This document shows, piece after piece, positions 16,244 to 30,191 of a DNA stretch of 32,000 nucleotides. This stretch comes from Delftia acidovorans NBRC 14950. Its GTDB lineage: Bacteria > Pseudomonadota > Gammaproteobacteria > Burkholderiales > Burkholderiaceae_C. The stretch spans positions 1 through 32,000 of the forward strand of contig NZ_BCZP01000037.1 of NCBI RefSeq assembly GCF_001598795.1, written 5' to 3'. Under the pieces are notes generated by a model. It was not told where the DNA came from and ran no database searches. It saw only the letters and a list, made by a program, of their open reading frames with translations. The stretch's first letter is position 1, and each line of letters starts with the position of its first letter. The position numbers and the translations under genes were made by a program.

Positions 16244-16371
16244 CATCGAATGATTCGTTCCATTATGCCGTGTTTACCCACCCGAAATGGTGGGATAACC
16301 CGGCGGCACTGTCGGACAGTGCCGCTCGCTGCGCGCCATCAAAAAACAGGCGCAGCGGCAATGGAAGGATC

Positions 16372-19612
<3,241 letters not shown>

Positions 19613-19620
<8 letters not shown>

Positions 19621-20785
19621 TTTTGTGTTTCTCCATCAGCGCCGTGAAGCGGTCAAACAGGTAGGCGATATCGTGCGGGCCGGGCGAAGCCTCGGGGTGG
19701 CCCTGGAAGCAGAACGCAGGCTTGTCCTTGTGCTCAAGGCCTTGCAGCGTGCCGTCGAACAGGCTGATGTGCGTGGCGCGCAGCGTGTCGGGCAGGGACT
19801 CCATCTCCACGGCAAAACCATGGTTCTGGCTGGTGATGCTGACCCGGCCGTTGTCCAGGTCCTTGACGGGGTGGTTGGCGCCGTGGTGGCTGTTGGCCAT
19901 CTTGAAGGTCTTGGCGCCGGCGGCCAGGGCCATGATCTGGTGACCCAGGCAGATGCCGAAGACGGGCTTGCCGGACTCCACCAGTTCCTTGGTGGCGGCA
20001 ATGGCGTAGTCGCAGGGCTCCGGGTCGCCAGGGCCGTTGGACAGGAAAACGCCGTCGGGGTTGAGTGCCAGCACATCCTTGGCAGGCGTCTTGGCCGGCA
20101 CCACGGTCAGCTTGCAGCCGCGCTCGGCCAGCATGCGCAGGATGTTGAACTTCACGCCGAAGTCATAGGCCACCACATGGAAACGCGGGGCCTGCTGCTG
20201 GCCGTAGCCTTCGCCCAGCTTCCACTCGGTTTCCGTCCATTCGTACTGCTGGGCGGCGCTCACCACCTGGGCCAGATCCAGGCCCTTCATGCTGGGAGCC
20301 GCCTTGGCCGCAGCCAGTGCCTCGTCGATGCGCGCCTGGGTCACTTCTTCGCCAGCGGCCAAACCGACGATGGCGCCGTTTTGTGCGCCCTTGTCGCGCA
20401 GCAGCCGTGTGAGCTTGCGCGTGTCGATGTTGGCAATCGCCACCGTGCCGCTGCGCGTGAGGTAGTCGGGCAGGGTCTCGGACTTGCGGAAGTTGCTGGC
20501 CAGTAGCGGAAGGTTCTTGATGATCAGGCCCGCCGCATGGACCTTGCCAGCCTCGACATCCTCTGCGTTGACGCCGTAGTTGCCGATGTGCGGATACGTG
20601 AGCGTCACGATCTGCTGGCAGTAGCTGGGGTCGGTGAGGATTTCCTGGTAGCCGGTGATTGCCGTGTTGAAAACGACTTCACCAACCGTGGTGCCTTGCG
20701 CACCGATCGAGTTGCCAACAAAGACCGTGCCGTCTGCGAGCGCCAGGATGGCGGATGGGAATGCTCCCTTGAGAGACAAAAGCAC
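19613..20785 (-). CDS. carA: Carbamoyl-phosphate synthase small (glutaminase) subunit CarA
   Basis: The start is GTG at 20785, with a GGAGAA SD 6 nt upstream. The product reads [28 protein letters not shown]. The class-I GATase catalytic motif [10 protein letters not shown] is present. The stop overlaps the carB ATG by 8 nt (AATGCCTAA), consistent with translational coupling. Confidence 0.96.
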
Positions 20786-20916
20786 TGGGTTCTCCGGTTC
20801 TAATTACGGTTACGCCCAGCGTGCCGCACGGACGGATCCGGGCGGGTTATAGCTTGTCTGCAGGGGGTGGCGAGGAAGCGTCGCTAGGCGTAGTGTGGAA
20901 TGCTTGAAAGCCGCCC

Positions 20917-20922
20917 ATTATA
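20917..20922 (-). promoter_or_regulatory. Candidate -10 hexamer (TATAAT) for carAB
   Basis: A perfect TATAAT on the minus strand lies 132 nt upstream of the carA GTG, in the 174-nt spacer. No convincing -35 or ARG box was found, so this is a pattern match only. Confidence 0.25.
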
Positions 20923-20959
20923 GGCTGGTCGTGCTTCAGCCTCCTGACAGGAGGCGGGA

Positions 20960-21751
20960 TTACCCTTGACGTGAGCCGGCACTCACGCTGCTTGCGTGCA
21001 GGCATATCGCCGCTGCAGCAGCCACATTCAGCGACTCCTCACCGCCTGGCTGGCCGATGCGCACATGCTGCGCTGCCCGCTGCATCAGCGCCTCGCCAAC
21101 GCCCTGCCCTTCATGGCCCATGGCCCAGGCACAAGGCCAGGGCAGCGCGGCATTGTGGATCAGTTCGCCCTGGTGGGAACTGGTCACGATCAGGGGCAAG
21201 CCAAGCGCATCCAGGTCTTCGGGCGAGGCCGACTCGATCAGTTGCAGACCGAAATGCGCCCCCATGCCGGCGCGCAGCACCTTCTGGCTCCACAGCGCAG
21301 CCGTGCCCTTCAGGGCTACGACCTGGCTGAAACCGAAGGCAGCGGCACTGCGCAGGATGGAGCCTACGTTGCCTGCGTCCTGCACGCGATCCAACACCAC
21401 CGTGGCCACGCCGGCACGGATGACCGCCGATGCCTGCCAGTCCATCAGAAAACCGATGCGCGCCGGGGACTCCAGGCCGCTGACTTCGGCAAACAGGGCA
21501 TCCGCCAGCACCACGCACTTGCCCGCGCCCTGCACCCATTCCAGCGGCACCAGCGGCCAGAAGGATTCGGCCACCACGGCCACGGAGGGCTGCATGCCAC
21601 GCGCCAGCGCGGCACGGCACAGATGATCCCCCTCCAGCCAGACGCGCCCTTGCTTGCGGTAGGCCCCACTGTCCTGGACAAGCCTGCGCAAATCCTTGAC
21701 CAGGACGTTGTCACGGGACTGGATCAATGTGGCGGCGGGTTGTCGGCTCAT
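20960..21751 (-). CDS. TrmH/SpoU-family RNA 2'-O-methyltransferase
   Basis: SpoU motifs VLDRVQDAGNVGSILRSAAAFG, WAMGHEGQGV and ESLNVAAAAAICL. The start is taken as the ATG at 21751 (MSRQPAATL). The ORF track's start at 21769 is a TTG. Confidence 0.88.
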   Translation of the reverse strand: MSRQPAATLIQSRDNVLVKDLRRLVQDSGAYRKQGRVWLEGDHLCRAALARGMQPSVAVVAESFWPLVPLEWVQGAGKCVVLADALFAEVSGLESPARIGFLMDWQASAVIRAGVATVVLDRVQDAGNVGSILRSAAAFGFSQVVALKGTAALWSQKVLRAGMGAHFGLQLIESASPEDLDALGLPLIVTSSHQGELIHNAALPWPCAWAMGHEGQGVGEALMQRAAQHVRIGQPGGEESLNVAAAAAICLHASSVSAGSRQG

Positions 21752-21813
21752 GGTGAAGCTTTCGGGCAAAGGGAACAGCGCGCCACGGGCGCAGAAAGAA
21801 ACGGCAAAGGCGC

Positions 21814-22521
21814 TCAGGCCGACAGCAGCAAGGCTTGCGCGCCCTGCGCCGCAGCTGCCACGCGGGCAGCGGCCAGAGGCTCGGCCATGCGGGCAATGCT
21901 CACGACATGGGCCACCGGCGCGAAGGTTCGCCGGTGCTCTTCGCAGGCACCGTGCAGGCGCAGCGCCGCAAGGTGGGCCGCCGTGCCGTAGCCCTTGTGG
22001 CCGTCGAAGCCGTATTCCGGATATTGCTCATGCAGCCGTTTGCACCAGCGGTCGCGCGTGACCTTGGCCAGAATGGAGGCGGCCGAGATGGCCTGCACCA
22101 GGGAGTCCCCCTTGACGATGGCCTCGGCCTGCACATCCAGCACGGGCAGCTGGTTGCCATCCACCAGCACGAGCACCGGCTTCAGGCGCAGACCCAGCAC
22201 CGCGCGGCGCATGGCCAGCAGCGTGGCCTGCAGGATGTTCAGGCGATCAATCTCTTCGACCGAAGCCTCGGCAATGCTGCAGCACAGCGCCTTGGCACGG
22301 ATCTCGTCATAGAGTGCCTCGCGGCGGGCAGCCGTGAGCTTCTTGGAATCGTTCAGGCCCTCGATGGGATTGAGATCGTCAAGAATGACAGCAGCGGCCA
22401 CGACAGGGCCAGCCAACGGGCCGCGGCCCGCTTCGTCCACGCCCGCAACCAACCCCGGCGGATGCCAGGGCAGGCACGCCTGTTCAGGCGGCAGTGGGGG
22501 CAATGATTTTCTCGATCGCAT
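21814..22521 (-). CDS. rnhB: Ribonuclease HII
   Basis: [31 protein letters not shown] and [10 protein letters not shown]. The ATG at 22521 is the only internal ATG before the conserved core. It overlaps the lpxB 3' end by 38 nt, so the start is moderately uncertain. Confidence 0.9.
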   Translation of the reverse strand: MRSRKSLPPLPPEQACLPWHPPGLVAGVDEAGRGPLAGPVVAAAVILDDLNPIEGLNDSKKLTAARREALYDEIRAKALCCSIAEASVEEIDRLNILQATLLAMRRAVLGLRLKPVLVLVDGNQLPVLDVQAEAIVKGDSLVQAISAASILAKVTRDRWCKRLHEQYPEYGFDGHKGYGTAAHLAALRLHGACEEHRRTFAPVAHVVSIARMAEPLAAARVAAAAQGAQALLLSA

Positions 22522-23674
22522 GGGCGGCCAGTTCGGCAGTATCGCGCCGCAATTCATGGTGCAGCGCTGTGAAGCGCTGTACCAGCGCCTCGACGGTTGA
22601 AGGGGAATGTTCGCACGCCTGCAGCCATTGCAGCACAGCCGCGCTCAGCGCCTGGGGCGTTGCCGCATCCTGGATCAGCTCGGGCACGACGAAATCGCCG
22701 CACAGGATGTTGGGCAGGCCCACCCAGGGCTGCAACTGCTTGCCACGCATCAGGCGCCAGCTCCAGGGGTGCATGTTGTAGCCGATCACCATGGGACGCT
22801 TGTACAACGCGGCTTCCAGCGTCGCCGTGCCGCTGGCGATCAACGTCACGTCGCAGGCTGCCAATGCATCATGGGACTGGCCGCGCACGATGTGCAGCGA
22901 CGAGGCCATGCCTGACTCCTGGGCAATGCGCCGCAACTCGTCCAGTTGCGAAGGCACGGCAGGCACTACTATTTTAATAGCTGGCAGCGCCTTCCGGACC
23001 AAAGCTGCAGCCTGAAAGAAACGGGCTGCAAGATAGCGGATTTCGGAGCGTCGGCTGCCGGGCAGCACGGCCAGCACCAGACCATCTTCCGGCAGACCCA
23101 GCCGACGGCGCGCGGCGGCACGGTCGGGCTGCAGCGGAATCACGCTGGCCAGGGGATGGCCCACGTAGGTGGCGTCTATGCCGTGACGGGCCAGCAACTC
23201 GGGCTCGAAGGGAAAGATGCACAGCACATGGTCGGCCGCACGCCGGATTTTCTCGACGCGATCGGCACGCCAGGCCCAGATCGAGGGGCAGACGAAATGC
23301 ACGGTCTTGATGCCCGCAGCCCGCAGATCGGTCTCCAGGCCCAAATTGAAGTCGGGCGCATCGATGCCGACAAAAACGGCTGGCGGCTGCTTGAGCAGGC
23401 GCTGGCGCAACTGCCGGCGGATGTTCAGAATCTCGGCCAGTCGGCGAAACACTTCCCAGCTGTAGCCATGCACGGCCAGCCGCTCGCAGGACCACCATGC
23501 CTCAAAACCGCGCTGCTGCATTTGGGGCCCGCCGATTCCAAAGGCCGAAGCCTCGGGCCAGCGGGCCTGCAGCCCACCCAGGAGCAAGGACGCCAGCAGG
23601 TCGCCCGAGGTTTCCCCGGCGACCATGGCAATCGATGGACTCAGGCGCGCCAATGGCGCCGCGTTCTCTGTCAT
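22484..23674 (-). CDS. lpxB: Lipid-A-disaccharide synthase LpxB
   Basis: The product is 396 aa. It carries [15 protein letters not shown] near the N-terminus and a GT-B fold pattern. It sits in the conserved lpxA-lpxB-rnhB order. Confidence 0.95.
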   Translation of the reverse strand: MTENAAPLARLSPSIAMVAGETSGDLLASLLLGGLQARWPEASAFGIGGPQMQQRGFEAWWSCERLAVHGYSWEVFRRLAEILNIRRQLRQRLLKQPPAVFVGIDAPDFNLGLETDLRAAGIKTVHFVCPSIWAWRADRVEKIRRAADHVLCIFPFEPELLARHGIDATYVGHPLASVIPLQPDRAAARRRLGLPEDGLVLAVLPGSRRSEIRYLAARFFQAAALVRKALPAIKIVVPAVPSQLDELRRIAQESGMASSLHIVRGQSHDALAACDVTLIASGTATLEAALYKRPMVIGYNMHPWSWRLMRGKQLQPWVGLPNILCGDFVVPELIQDAATPQALSAAVLQWLQACEHSPSTVEALVQRFTALHHELRRDTAELAAHAIEKIIAPTAA

Positions 23675-23695
23675 GCCGTCCTTTCGCGCGCCGGA

Positions 23696-24493
23696 TCAGC
23701 GCGCAATGCCCCGGGTCGAAGCGGCCAGAAAATCCAGCATCAGCGATACATCGGCAGCGGCCTCGGGCTGCTCGCCAGCCAGCGCTCCAATGGCGTCGCG
23801 CGCGGCCTCCAGGGTCAGCCCCTGGCGATACAGCAGACGGTGCATCTGCTTGATGGCCTGGATACGCTGCGGCCCGAATCCGCGCCGACGCAGGCCTTCG
23901 ATATTGAAGCCACGCACGGCCAGGGGATTGCCATCCACCATCATGAAGGGCGGCACATCCTGCGAGATATGGCTGGCAAAGCCCGCCATGGCATGGGCAC
24001 CCACCTTGGTGAACTGGTGCACGCCCGTCAGGCCGCCCAGGATCACATGGTCGCCCACATGCACGTGGCCAGCCAGGGTGGCGTTGTTGGCCAGGATGGT
24101 GTGGCTGCCCACGACGCAGTCGTGGGCCACATGCACATAGGCCATGATCCAGTTGTCATGGCCTATGACCGTGACACCCTGGTCCTGCACGGTGCCCGCA
24201 TTGAAGGTGCAGAACTCGCGCACCGTGTTGCGGTCACCGATGACAAGCCGCGTGGGCTCGCCTGCGTACTTCTTGTCCTGGGGCTGCGCACCCAGGGACG
24301 CGAACTGGAAAATCCGGTTGTCGCAACCAATGCGGGTATGGCCTTCGACAACGCAATGCGCGCCAATCGTGGTGCCGGCGCCGATTTCCACATGCGGCCC
24401 GATGACGGCATAGGGGCCGACCGACACCGATGAATCCAGCTGTGCAGCGGAATCTATCAGTGCCGTGGGATGGATGCGTTCAATGCCAGCCAT
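23696..24493 (-). CDS. lpxA: UDP-N-acetylglucosamine O-acyltransferase LpxA
   Basis: The product is 265 aa. A left-handed beta-helix hexapeptide repeat region ([43 protein letters not shown]) is followed by a helical C-terminal domain. Confidence 0.96.
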   Translation of the reverse strand: MAGIERIHPTALIDSAAQLDSSVSVGPYAVIGPHVEIGAGTTIGAHCVVEGHTRIGCDNRIFQFASLGAQPQDKKYAGEPTRLVIGDRNTVREFCTFNAGTVQDQGVTVIGHDNWIMAYVHVAHDCVVGSHTILANNATLAGHVHVGDHVILGGLTGVHQFTKVGAHAMAGFASHISQDVPPFMMVDGNPLAVRGFNIEGLRRRGFGPQRIQAIKQMHRLLYRQGLTLEAARDAIGALAGEQPEAAADVSLMLDFLAASTRGIAR

Positions 24494-24500
24494 GCGCCCG

Positions 24501-24941
24501 TCAGCCCACGTTGCGCATGGTGCACATCAGCTCGGCTTCGCAGGCCACTTCGTCCTCGACGCGAGCCACGCCCTTGAACTTCCAGATGCCGCCGCGAACG
24601 CGATCGATGGTGATCTCCAGCACCAGCTGGTCGCCCGGCTCCACAGGGCGCTTGAAGCGCGCACCGTCGATGCCCACGAAGTAGTAGATGTTGTTTTCGT
24701 CGGGAACCTGGCCCATGGCATCGAAGGCCAGCAGGCCGGCAGCCTGCGCCAGCGCCTCCAGGATGAGCACGCCCGGCATGACGGGACGGCCTGGGAAATG
24801 GCCCATGAAATAGGGCTCGTTGAACGTGACGTTCTTGATCGCCTTGATGCGTGTATTGCGCTCAAGCTCCGTGACCTTGTCCACCAGCAGGAAGGGGTAG
24901 CGGTGGGGCAGTTGCTTGAGAATTGCGTGAATATCCATCAT
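24501..24941 (-). CDS. fabZ: 3-hydroxyacyl-ACP dehydratase FabZ
   Basis: [13 protein letters not shown] and [22 protein letters not shown]. The product is 146 aa. Confidence 0.97.
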   Translation of the reverse strand: MMDIHAILKQLPHRYPFLLVDKVTELERNTRIKAIKNVTFNEPYFMGHFPGRPVMPGVLILEALAQAAGLLAFDAMGQVPDENNIYYFVGIDGARFKRPVEPGDQLVLEITIDRVRGGIWKFKGVARVEDEVACEAELMCTMRNVG

Positions 24942-25945
24942 TGCGTTCCGTTATGGCCTTGATCCGCCGATTGCTGCAGTTGCCGCTCCAGGGCCTTGAT
25001 GCGATCGCGCATGGAGTGCAGCTGCTTCAGCGTCGCAGCATTTTTTTCCCATTTGGCGTTTTCATCCACGGGAAACATGCCCGTGTAAACACCTGATTGT
25101 GTCAGCGAACGGGTCACTACCGTCGCTGCCGAAATATGCACCCTGTCGGCCAGCTGCAGATGGCCCAGCACGATGGCGCCGCCTCCCACGGTGCAATGCG
25201 CGCCAATGCGCGCGCTGCCGGCCACCCCCACGCAACCGGCCATGGCCGTATGCTTGCCGACGTGCACGTTGTGACCGATCTGGATCAGGTTGTCGAGCTT
25301 GACCCCGTCCTCGATCACCGTGTCGTCCAGCGCTCCGCGGTCTATGCAGGTATTGGCGCCGATTTCCACATCGTCGCCGATCCGCACGCCACCGAGCTGC
25401 TCGATCTTCACCCATGCTCCGTTCTCGGGCGCAAACCCGAAGCCGTCCGCTCCCAGCACCACGCCGGAATGCAGCAGACAGCGCGCCCCCACATGGCAGT
25501 TCTCGCCAATGGTGACGCGCGACTTGAGCACGGTGTGGGCACCGATGGTGGCACCCTCTTCAACCACGCAGAGCGGGCCGATCGTGGCAGAGGCATCAAC
25601 GATGGCACTCTCGTGCACCACCGCGCTTGGATGGATACCGGCCGGCGCCACAGACCTGCAGTTCCGCTTCCACCACTGCGTGGCCCTGGCGAAGTAGGCA
25701 TACGGGTCAGGGACCACGATGCAGGCACCCCGCTGCTGCGCCAGCTCACGCATGGCGGGCGCCACAATAACGCAGGCCGCCTCGGAGGCGGCCAGTTGCT
25801 GGCGGTAGCGGGGGTTGCTCAGAAAACTGAGATCCCCGGCCCCGGCGGAATCCAGCGGTGCGATGCGGGAGATGGGCATCTCCCTTTCGCCACCGACCAG
25901 TTCGCCACCGAGTGCATCGAGGATCTGACCCAACAATACGCTCAC
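24938..25945 (-). CDS. lpxD: UDP-3-O-acylglucosamine N-acyltransferase LpxD
   Basis: The product is 335 aa with a GTG start at 25945. Hexapeptide repeats are present throughout. The stop overlaps the fabZ ATG by 4 nt. Confidence 0.95.
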   Translation of the reverse strand: MSVLLGQILDALGGELVGGEREMPISRIAPLDSAGAGDLSFLSNPRYRQQLAASEAACVIVAPAMRELAQQRGACIVVPDPYAYFARATQWWKRNCRSVAPAGIHPSAVVHESAIVDASATIGPLCVVEEGATIGAHTVLKSRVTIGENCHVGARCLLHSGVVLGADGFGFAPENGAWVKIEQLGGVRIGDDVEIGANTCIDRGALDDTVIEDGVKLDNLIQIGHNVHVGKHTAMAGCVGVAGSARIGAHCTVGGGAIVLGHLQLADRVHISAATVVTRSLTQSGVYTGMFPVDENAKWEKNAATLKQLHSMRDRIKALERQLQQSADQGHNGTQ

Positions 25946-25968
25946 GGCATGCAGCCCTGGACGCTGGC

Positions 25969-26478
25969 TTACTTGCCGCCGCCGTTCAGTGCCTTTATCA
26001 CTTTGTCAGTGATGTCGTACTTGGGGTTGATGTAGACGGCTTCCTGGAGGATGACGTCGTACTTCTCGGATTCGGCCACTTGCTTGACCACCTTGTTGGC
26101 GCGCTCCAGCACTTGGGCCAGTTCCTCGTTCTTGCGGGAGTTCAGGTCTTCCTGGAACTCACGGCGCTTGCGCTGGAACTCGCGGTCCTGGTCCACCAGC
26201 TGACGCTGACGGGAGACGCGCTGGCTTTCGGCCATGGTGGGCGCTTCACGCTCGAACTTCTCCGAAGCGCTCTTGAGCGTATTGCCCTGGTCGACCAGTT
26301 CCTTCTCACGCTTGGAGAATTCCTGCTCCAGCTTGGACTGCGCAGCCTTGGCCGTCGACGCTTCACGGAAGATGCGGTCCGTGTTCACAAAGCCGGCCTT
26401 GAACTCTTGAGCGTGCGCAGAAACAGCCATGGCGCCAAGCAGCACAGCCAGGGAAAAATGGCTAGATAGAGATTTCAT
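25969..26478 (-). CDS. skp: Periplasmic chaperone Skp (OmpH)
   Basis: Signal peptide [23 protein letters not shown], then a K/E/Q/R-rich coiled-coil body. The gene lies between bamA and lpxD. Its ATG overlaps the bamA TAA by 1 nt (TAATG). Confidence 0.9.
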   Translation of the reverse strand: MKSLSSHFSLAVLLGAMAVSAHAQEFKAGFVNTDRIFREASTAKAAQSKLEQEFSKREKELVDQGNTLKSASEKFEREAPTMAESQRVSRQRQLVDQDREFQRKRREFQEDLNSRKNEELAQVLERANKVVKQVAESEKYDVILQEAVYINPKYDITDKVIKALNGGGK

Positions 26479-28775
26479 TAGAAAGAGGTTCCGATTTGGA
26501 ATTGCAGTCGCTGGATTTTATCCCCGGTCTGCTTGCGGATGGGTTGAGCAAAGGCGAGACGCAGGGGGCCCAGCGGGGAAATCCAGCTGATGCCAAGGCC
26601 CGTGGAAGCACGCAGCTCCCCGAGATCGAAGTTCTCGTTGGCCCCGTAGACATTGCCCACATCGAGGAATGTAAAAAGACGCAAAGTCCTGTCATTGCCG
26701 GCACCGGGGAAGGGAATCATGAACTCTGCGTTCAAGGTCACCTTCTTGGAGCCGCCAAGCGCCAGGTTTTCCTTGGTGTCGCGCGGACCCAGCGAGCCCT
26801 GCTCGAAGCCACGCACCGAGCCCAGGCCACCCGAGAAGAAGTTCTTGAACAGCGGGAACGGACGGCCATTGAGGCCTTTGCCGTAGCCCAGTTCACCGTT
26901 CAGTGCCAGCGTGTACTTCTTGCTCAGAGGGATGTACTGCTGGATCTGGTAGTTGGCTCGCACATAGCGGGCCTCGCCACCCACCGACCACTCGGTGTTC
27001 AGGCGCTGGTAGAGACCGGAGTTGGGCGCCAGCGCGCTGTCACGGCTGTCGCGTGACCAGCCCAGGGTCAGCGGTATGCCCGTGTTGGAGTAGCCGTACT
27101 TGTCGGCATAGTCCTTGTACGCCTGGGGCAGGTAGGTGCCGGGCTTGATTTCGGAGCGCTCCACGCCGCCGCCGAAATACACCGTGTCGATCTCGCTGAA
27201 GGGCACGCCAAAGCGCACGCTGCCGCCCGAGGTGACGATCTTGTAGGCCGCATCGTCGTAGTAGGGACGGTCAGTGCGGTAGTACAGGTCGTAGGTGCGC
27301 GAGATGCCGGTGTCCGTGAAGTACGGATCCGTGGTGGACAGCACCATGGTGCGACGGTACTTGCTGGTGTTCACGTCCACGCCCAGGTAGTTGCCCGAGC
27401 CGAACACGTTTTCCTGCTTGATGCCGAACGACAGCGAAACCTTTTCAGCGCTGGAAAAACCAGCGCCCAGCTGCAGCGAGCCGGTGGGCTTTTCAGCCAC
27501 CGAGATGACCAGATCCACCTGGTCGGGCGAACCCGCCACTTCCTGGGTCTCGACATTGACCTCGGTGAAGAAGCCCAGACGGTCCACACGGTCGCGCGAC
27601 AGGCGAATCTTGTCGCCGTCATACCAGGAGGCCTCGTATTGGCGGAATTCGCGGCGGATCACTTCGTCGCGCGTGCGGTTGTTGCCACTGAGATTGATGC
27701 GTCGCACATAAGCGCGGCGAGAAGGCTCGGCGTGCAGCACCAGGGCCACCCGGTTGGTCGCACGGTCGATGTCCGGCACGGCCTCGACGCGTGCAAAGGC
27801 AAAGCCGAAGTTGCCGAAGTGCTCGGTGAAGGCCTTGGTCGTCGCCGTGACCTGGTCGGCGTTGTAGGGCTCGCCGGGCTTGATCTTGACCAGGGACTTG
27901 AACTCGTCGTCGCGGTCGAGGTAGTTGCCCTCCAGCTTGACGCCGGAGACGACGAAACGCTCGCCTTCATGGATGTTCAGGGTCAGCGAGATGGTCTGCT
28001 TGTCGGGCGAGATGGCCACCTGGGTGGAGTCCACGCGGAACTCCAGGTAGCCACGCTGCAGGTAGTACGAGCGCAGCGTTTCCAAGTCGGCGTTGAGCTT
28101 GTTGCGCGCATAGCGGTCCGACTTGGTGTACCAGCTCATCCAGTTGCCGGTGTCCTGGTCGAACAGGTCCTTGAGCGTGGATTCGCTGAAGGCCTTGTTG
28201 CCGACGATGTGGATCTCGTTGATGCGGGCCGGATCGCCCTCGGTCACCGTGAAGGTCAGGTTGACGCGGTTGCGCTCGATGGGCGTGACCGTGGTGACGA
28301 CTTCCGCGCCATAAAGGCTACGGTTGATGTACTGGCGCTTGAGCTCCTGCTCGGCACGGTCGGCCAGGGCCTTGTCGAAGGGACGACCTTCTGCCAGGCC
28401 CACATCGCGCATGGCCTTTTGCAGGGTTTCCTTGTCGAACTCCTTGGTGCCGGCGAAGTTCACCTCGGCGATGGTCGGGCGTTCTTCGACGACGACAACG
28501 AGCACGTTGCCATTGGCTTCGAGGCGGATGTCCTTGAACAGCCCCAGCGCGAACAGCGAGCGGATCGCAGCTGCGCCCTTGTCATCGTCATACTGGTCGC
28601 CCACGCGCAGCGGGATGGATGCGAAGACCGTGCCCGGCTCCACGCGCTGCAGGCCTTCGATGCGGATGTCCTGTACCCGGAAGGGCTCCAGCGCCCAGGC
28701 TGCATTGGCAGCCAAAACCATGGCAGCCAGGGTCGATGCAGCGCGCACGCCCAGGCGATTGATACGTTTAGTCAT
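26478..28775 (-). CDS. bamA: Outer-membrane protein assembly factor BamA
   Basis: The product is 765 aa. It has a signal peptide (AMVLAANAAWA) and POTRA repeats starting FRVQDIRIEGLQRVEPGTVF. The C-terminal beta-barrel ends QFQIGTSF, with a terminal aromatic residue. Confidence 0.97.
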   Translation of the reverse strand: MTKRINRLGVRAASTLAAMVLAANAAWALEPFRVQDIRIEGLQRVEPGTVFASIPLRVGDQYDDDKGAAAIRSLFALGLFKDIRLEANGNVLVVVVEERPTIAEVNFAGTKEFDKETLQKAMRDVGLAEGRPFDKALADRAEQELKRQYINRSLYGAEVVTTVTPIERNRVNLTFTVTEGDPARINEIHIVGNKAFSESTLKDLFDQDTGNWMSWYTKSDRYARNKLNADLETLRSYYLQRGYLEFRVDSTQVAISPDKQTISLTLNIHEGERFVVSGVKLEGNYLDRDDEFKSLVKIKPGEPYNADQVTATTKAFTEHFGNFGFAFARVEAVPDIDRATNRVALVLHAEPSRRAYVRRINLSGNNRTRDEVIRREFRQYEASWYDGDKIRLSRDRVDRLGFFTEVNVETQEVAGSPDQVDLVISVAEKPTGSLQLGAGFSSAEKVSLSFGIKQENVFGSGNYLGVDVNTSKYRRTMVLSTTDPYFTDTGISRTYDLYYRTDRPYYDDAAYKIVTSGGSVRFGVPFSEIDTVYFGGGVERSEIKPGTYLPQAYKDYADKYGYSNTGIPLTLGWSRDSRDSALAPNSGLYQRLNTEWSVGGEARYVRANYQIQQYIPLSKKYTLALNGELGYGKGLNGRPFPLFKNFFSGGLGSVRGFEQGSLGPRDTKENLALGGSKKVTLNAEFMIPFPGAGNDRTLRLFTFLDVGNVYGANENFDLGELRASTGLGISWISPLGPLRLAFAQPIRKQTGDKIQRLQFQIGTSF

Positions 28776-28820
28776 GAATGGATTTGCCGCCGCTGCGGCT
28801 TGCCGAAAACGGCTGAAAAG

Positions 28821-30191
28821 TTAGCCCCAAAGCCGGTTGATATCGTTGAAAAAGGCGACGGACATCATCATCATCAAAACCGCCACGCCTGCACGCTGCA
28901 AGCGCCCGGCCCAGACTTCCGACACGCTTCGGCCAGTCACGCCCTCCCAAAGATAATACATCAGGTGCCCGCCATCGAGCACCGGCAGGGGGAGCAAGTT
29001 GAGAACCCCCAGGCTGATGCTTATCAGCGCCAGGAACGAGAGATATTGAACCAGACCCATGCTGGCCGAGCGCCCCGCATAGTCGGCAATGGTCAAGGGG
29101 CCGCTGATGTTCTTGAGCGATGCCTCGCCTATCACCATGCGGCCCATCATGCGCAGCGTCAGCGACGACAGCTCCCAGGTGCGCTGCACGCCAGCCCACA
29201 GGCCTTCCAGCGGACCGCGCTGCACCAGAGCCATCTCGGGAGCACTGCCGATGTAGGCACTGATGCGGGCAATGCTCTCCTTGCCATCTTCCGAGCGGCC
29301 CAGATCGGGCAGCACGGGGATCTGCAGTTGCCTGCCATCGCGCTCCACCAGCCAGACCTGCTGCTGGACCTGGCCCGATGCACCCATCTTGCGGATGAGA
29401 TTGCGCAGTTGGGTGCCATCATCCACCGGGGTGCTGCCCACGCGCAGCACCAGGTCGCCCTGGCGCAAGCCGGCCTTTTCGGCGGCACCACCGGCAATGA
29501 CCTTGTCCAGCACAGGCTGTGTCCAGGGTCCCAGCAGGCCCAGGCGCTCGAAGAAGGCGGCATCGGGCTCGCCCTGCACCTGCCCGGCCAGCGCCAGCCG
29601 CAGTTCGGACGGAGCGGTGCGCCGGCCCTGGAGCACCTCCATGCGCACCGACTCATCATCGAGCGCGGCGCGCGTCAGTGTCCAGCGCAGATCATTGATG
29701 GAGCGGACCTCTTCCCACTCCTGGTCGCCCAAGGCGATGCGCAGCACGCGATCGCCGCCCTGCACGCCCGCCATCTGCAGCACCGTGCCCGCCGGCGGCG
29801 TGGCCAATCGCGCCACGGGTTCCTGCATGCCCATCCAATTGACGATGGCCAGCAGCGCAATGGCCAGCACGAGATTGGCCACCGGGCCTGCCGCCACGAT
29901 GGCCGCACGTGCACGCAGCGGCTGGGTGTTGAATGCCAGATGGCGCTGATCGGCAGGGACTTCGCCCTCACGCTCGTCGAGCATGCGCACATAGCCGCCA
30001 AGCGGCAGTGCACCGATGACGAATTCCGTGTCCGAACCTTTGCGCTTCCAGCGCAGGATGGGGCGACCGAAGCCGACGGAAAACCGAAGCACCTTCACGC
30101 CGCAGGCCACAGCGACGCGGTAGTGGCCCCACTCGTGGACGGCAATCAGCACGCCCAGCGCGACCACGAATGCAACTACGGTCAGCAACAA
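28821..30191 (-). CDS. rseP: RIP zinc metalloprotease RseP
   Basis: The HExxH motif (VHEWGHY) lies in the first TM segment. PDZ regions are present, and the second site-2-protease motif is VLNLLPLPVLDGGH. The start is placed at TTG 30191, 6 nt after an AAGGAG SD, giving MLLTVVAFVVALGVLIAVHEWGH, which aligns with the E. coli RseP N-terminus. Confidence 0.94.
   Translation of the reverse strand: MLLTVVAFVVALGVLIAVHEWGHYRVAVACGVKVLRFSVGFGRPILRWKRKGSDTEFVIGALPLGGYVRMLDEREGEVPADQRHLAFNTQPLRARAAIVAAGPVANLVLAIALLAIVNWMGMQEPVARLATPPAGTVLQMAGVQGGDRVLRIALGDQEWEEVRSINDLRWTLTRAALDDESVRMEVLQGRRTAPSELRLALAGQVQGEPDAAFFERLGLLGPWTQPVLDKVIAGGAAEKAGLRQGDLVLRVGSTPVDDGTQLRNLIRKMGASGQVQQQVWLVERDGRQLQIPVLPDLGRSEDGKESIARISAYIGSAPEMALVQRGPLEGLWAGVQRTWELSSLTLRMMGRMVIGEASLKNISGPLTIADYAGRSASMGLVQYLSFLALISISLGVLNLLPLPVLDGGHLMYYLWEGVTGRSVSEVWAGRLQRAGVAVLMMMMSVAFFNDINRLWG

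Noticed and set aside
20786-20959. A search for an ARG box or pyrimidine attenuator in the carA leader, and the hairpin GCCTCCTgtcAGGAGGC (20939-20955) after the trmH-like gene
   Set aside because: No palindromic TGAAT-N4-ATTCA-type site was found. TGGAATGCTTGAAAG is not symmetric. The hairpin lacks a U tract, so it is at most a weak or Rho-assisted terminator. There is not enough evidence to call either.
22966-22980. An isolated AT-rich palindromic patch (CTATTTTAATAG) inside lpxB, using rare ATA/GTA codons and containing a TAAAAT -10-like hexamer on the minus strand
   Set aside because: It encodes a sensible hydrophobic strand (AIKIVVP) in frame. No acceptable -35 lies at 16-19 nt. A single 12-nt patch is within the range of chance, so it is not reported as a promoter.
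22946-24433. A 495-aa plus-strand ORF, together with the plus-strand ORFs 19562..20506, 20996..21991, 25097..26035 and 30301..31677
   Set aside because: Each is antisense to a confidently identified gene (lpxB/lpxA, carA, the trmH-like gene, lpxD, dxr).
23696-25945. Short-period DNA and protein periodicity in lpxA and lpxD
   Set aside because: It is fully explained by the hexapeptide (left-handed beta-helix) repeats of these acyltransferases. The internal duplication in carB is likewise the known ATP-grasp tandem.
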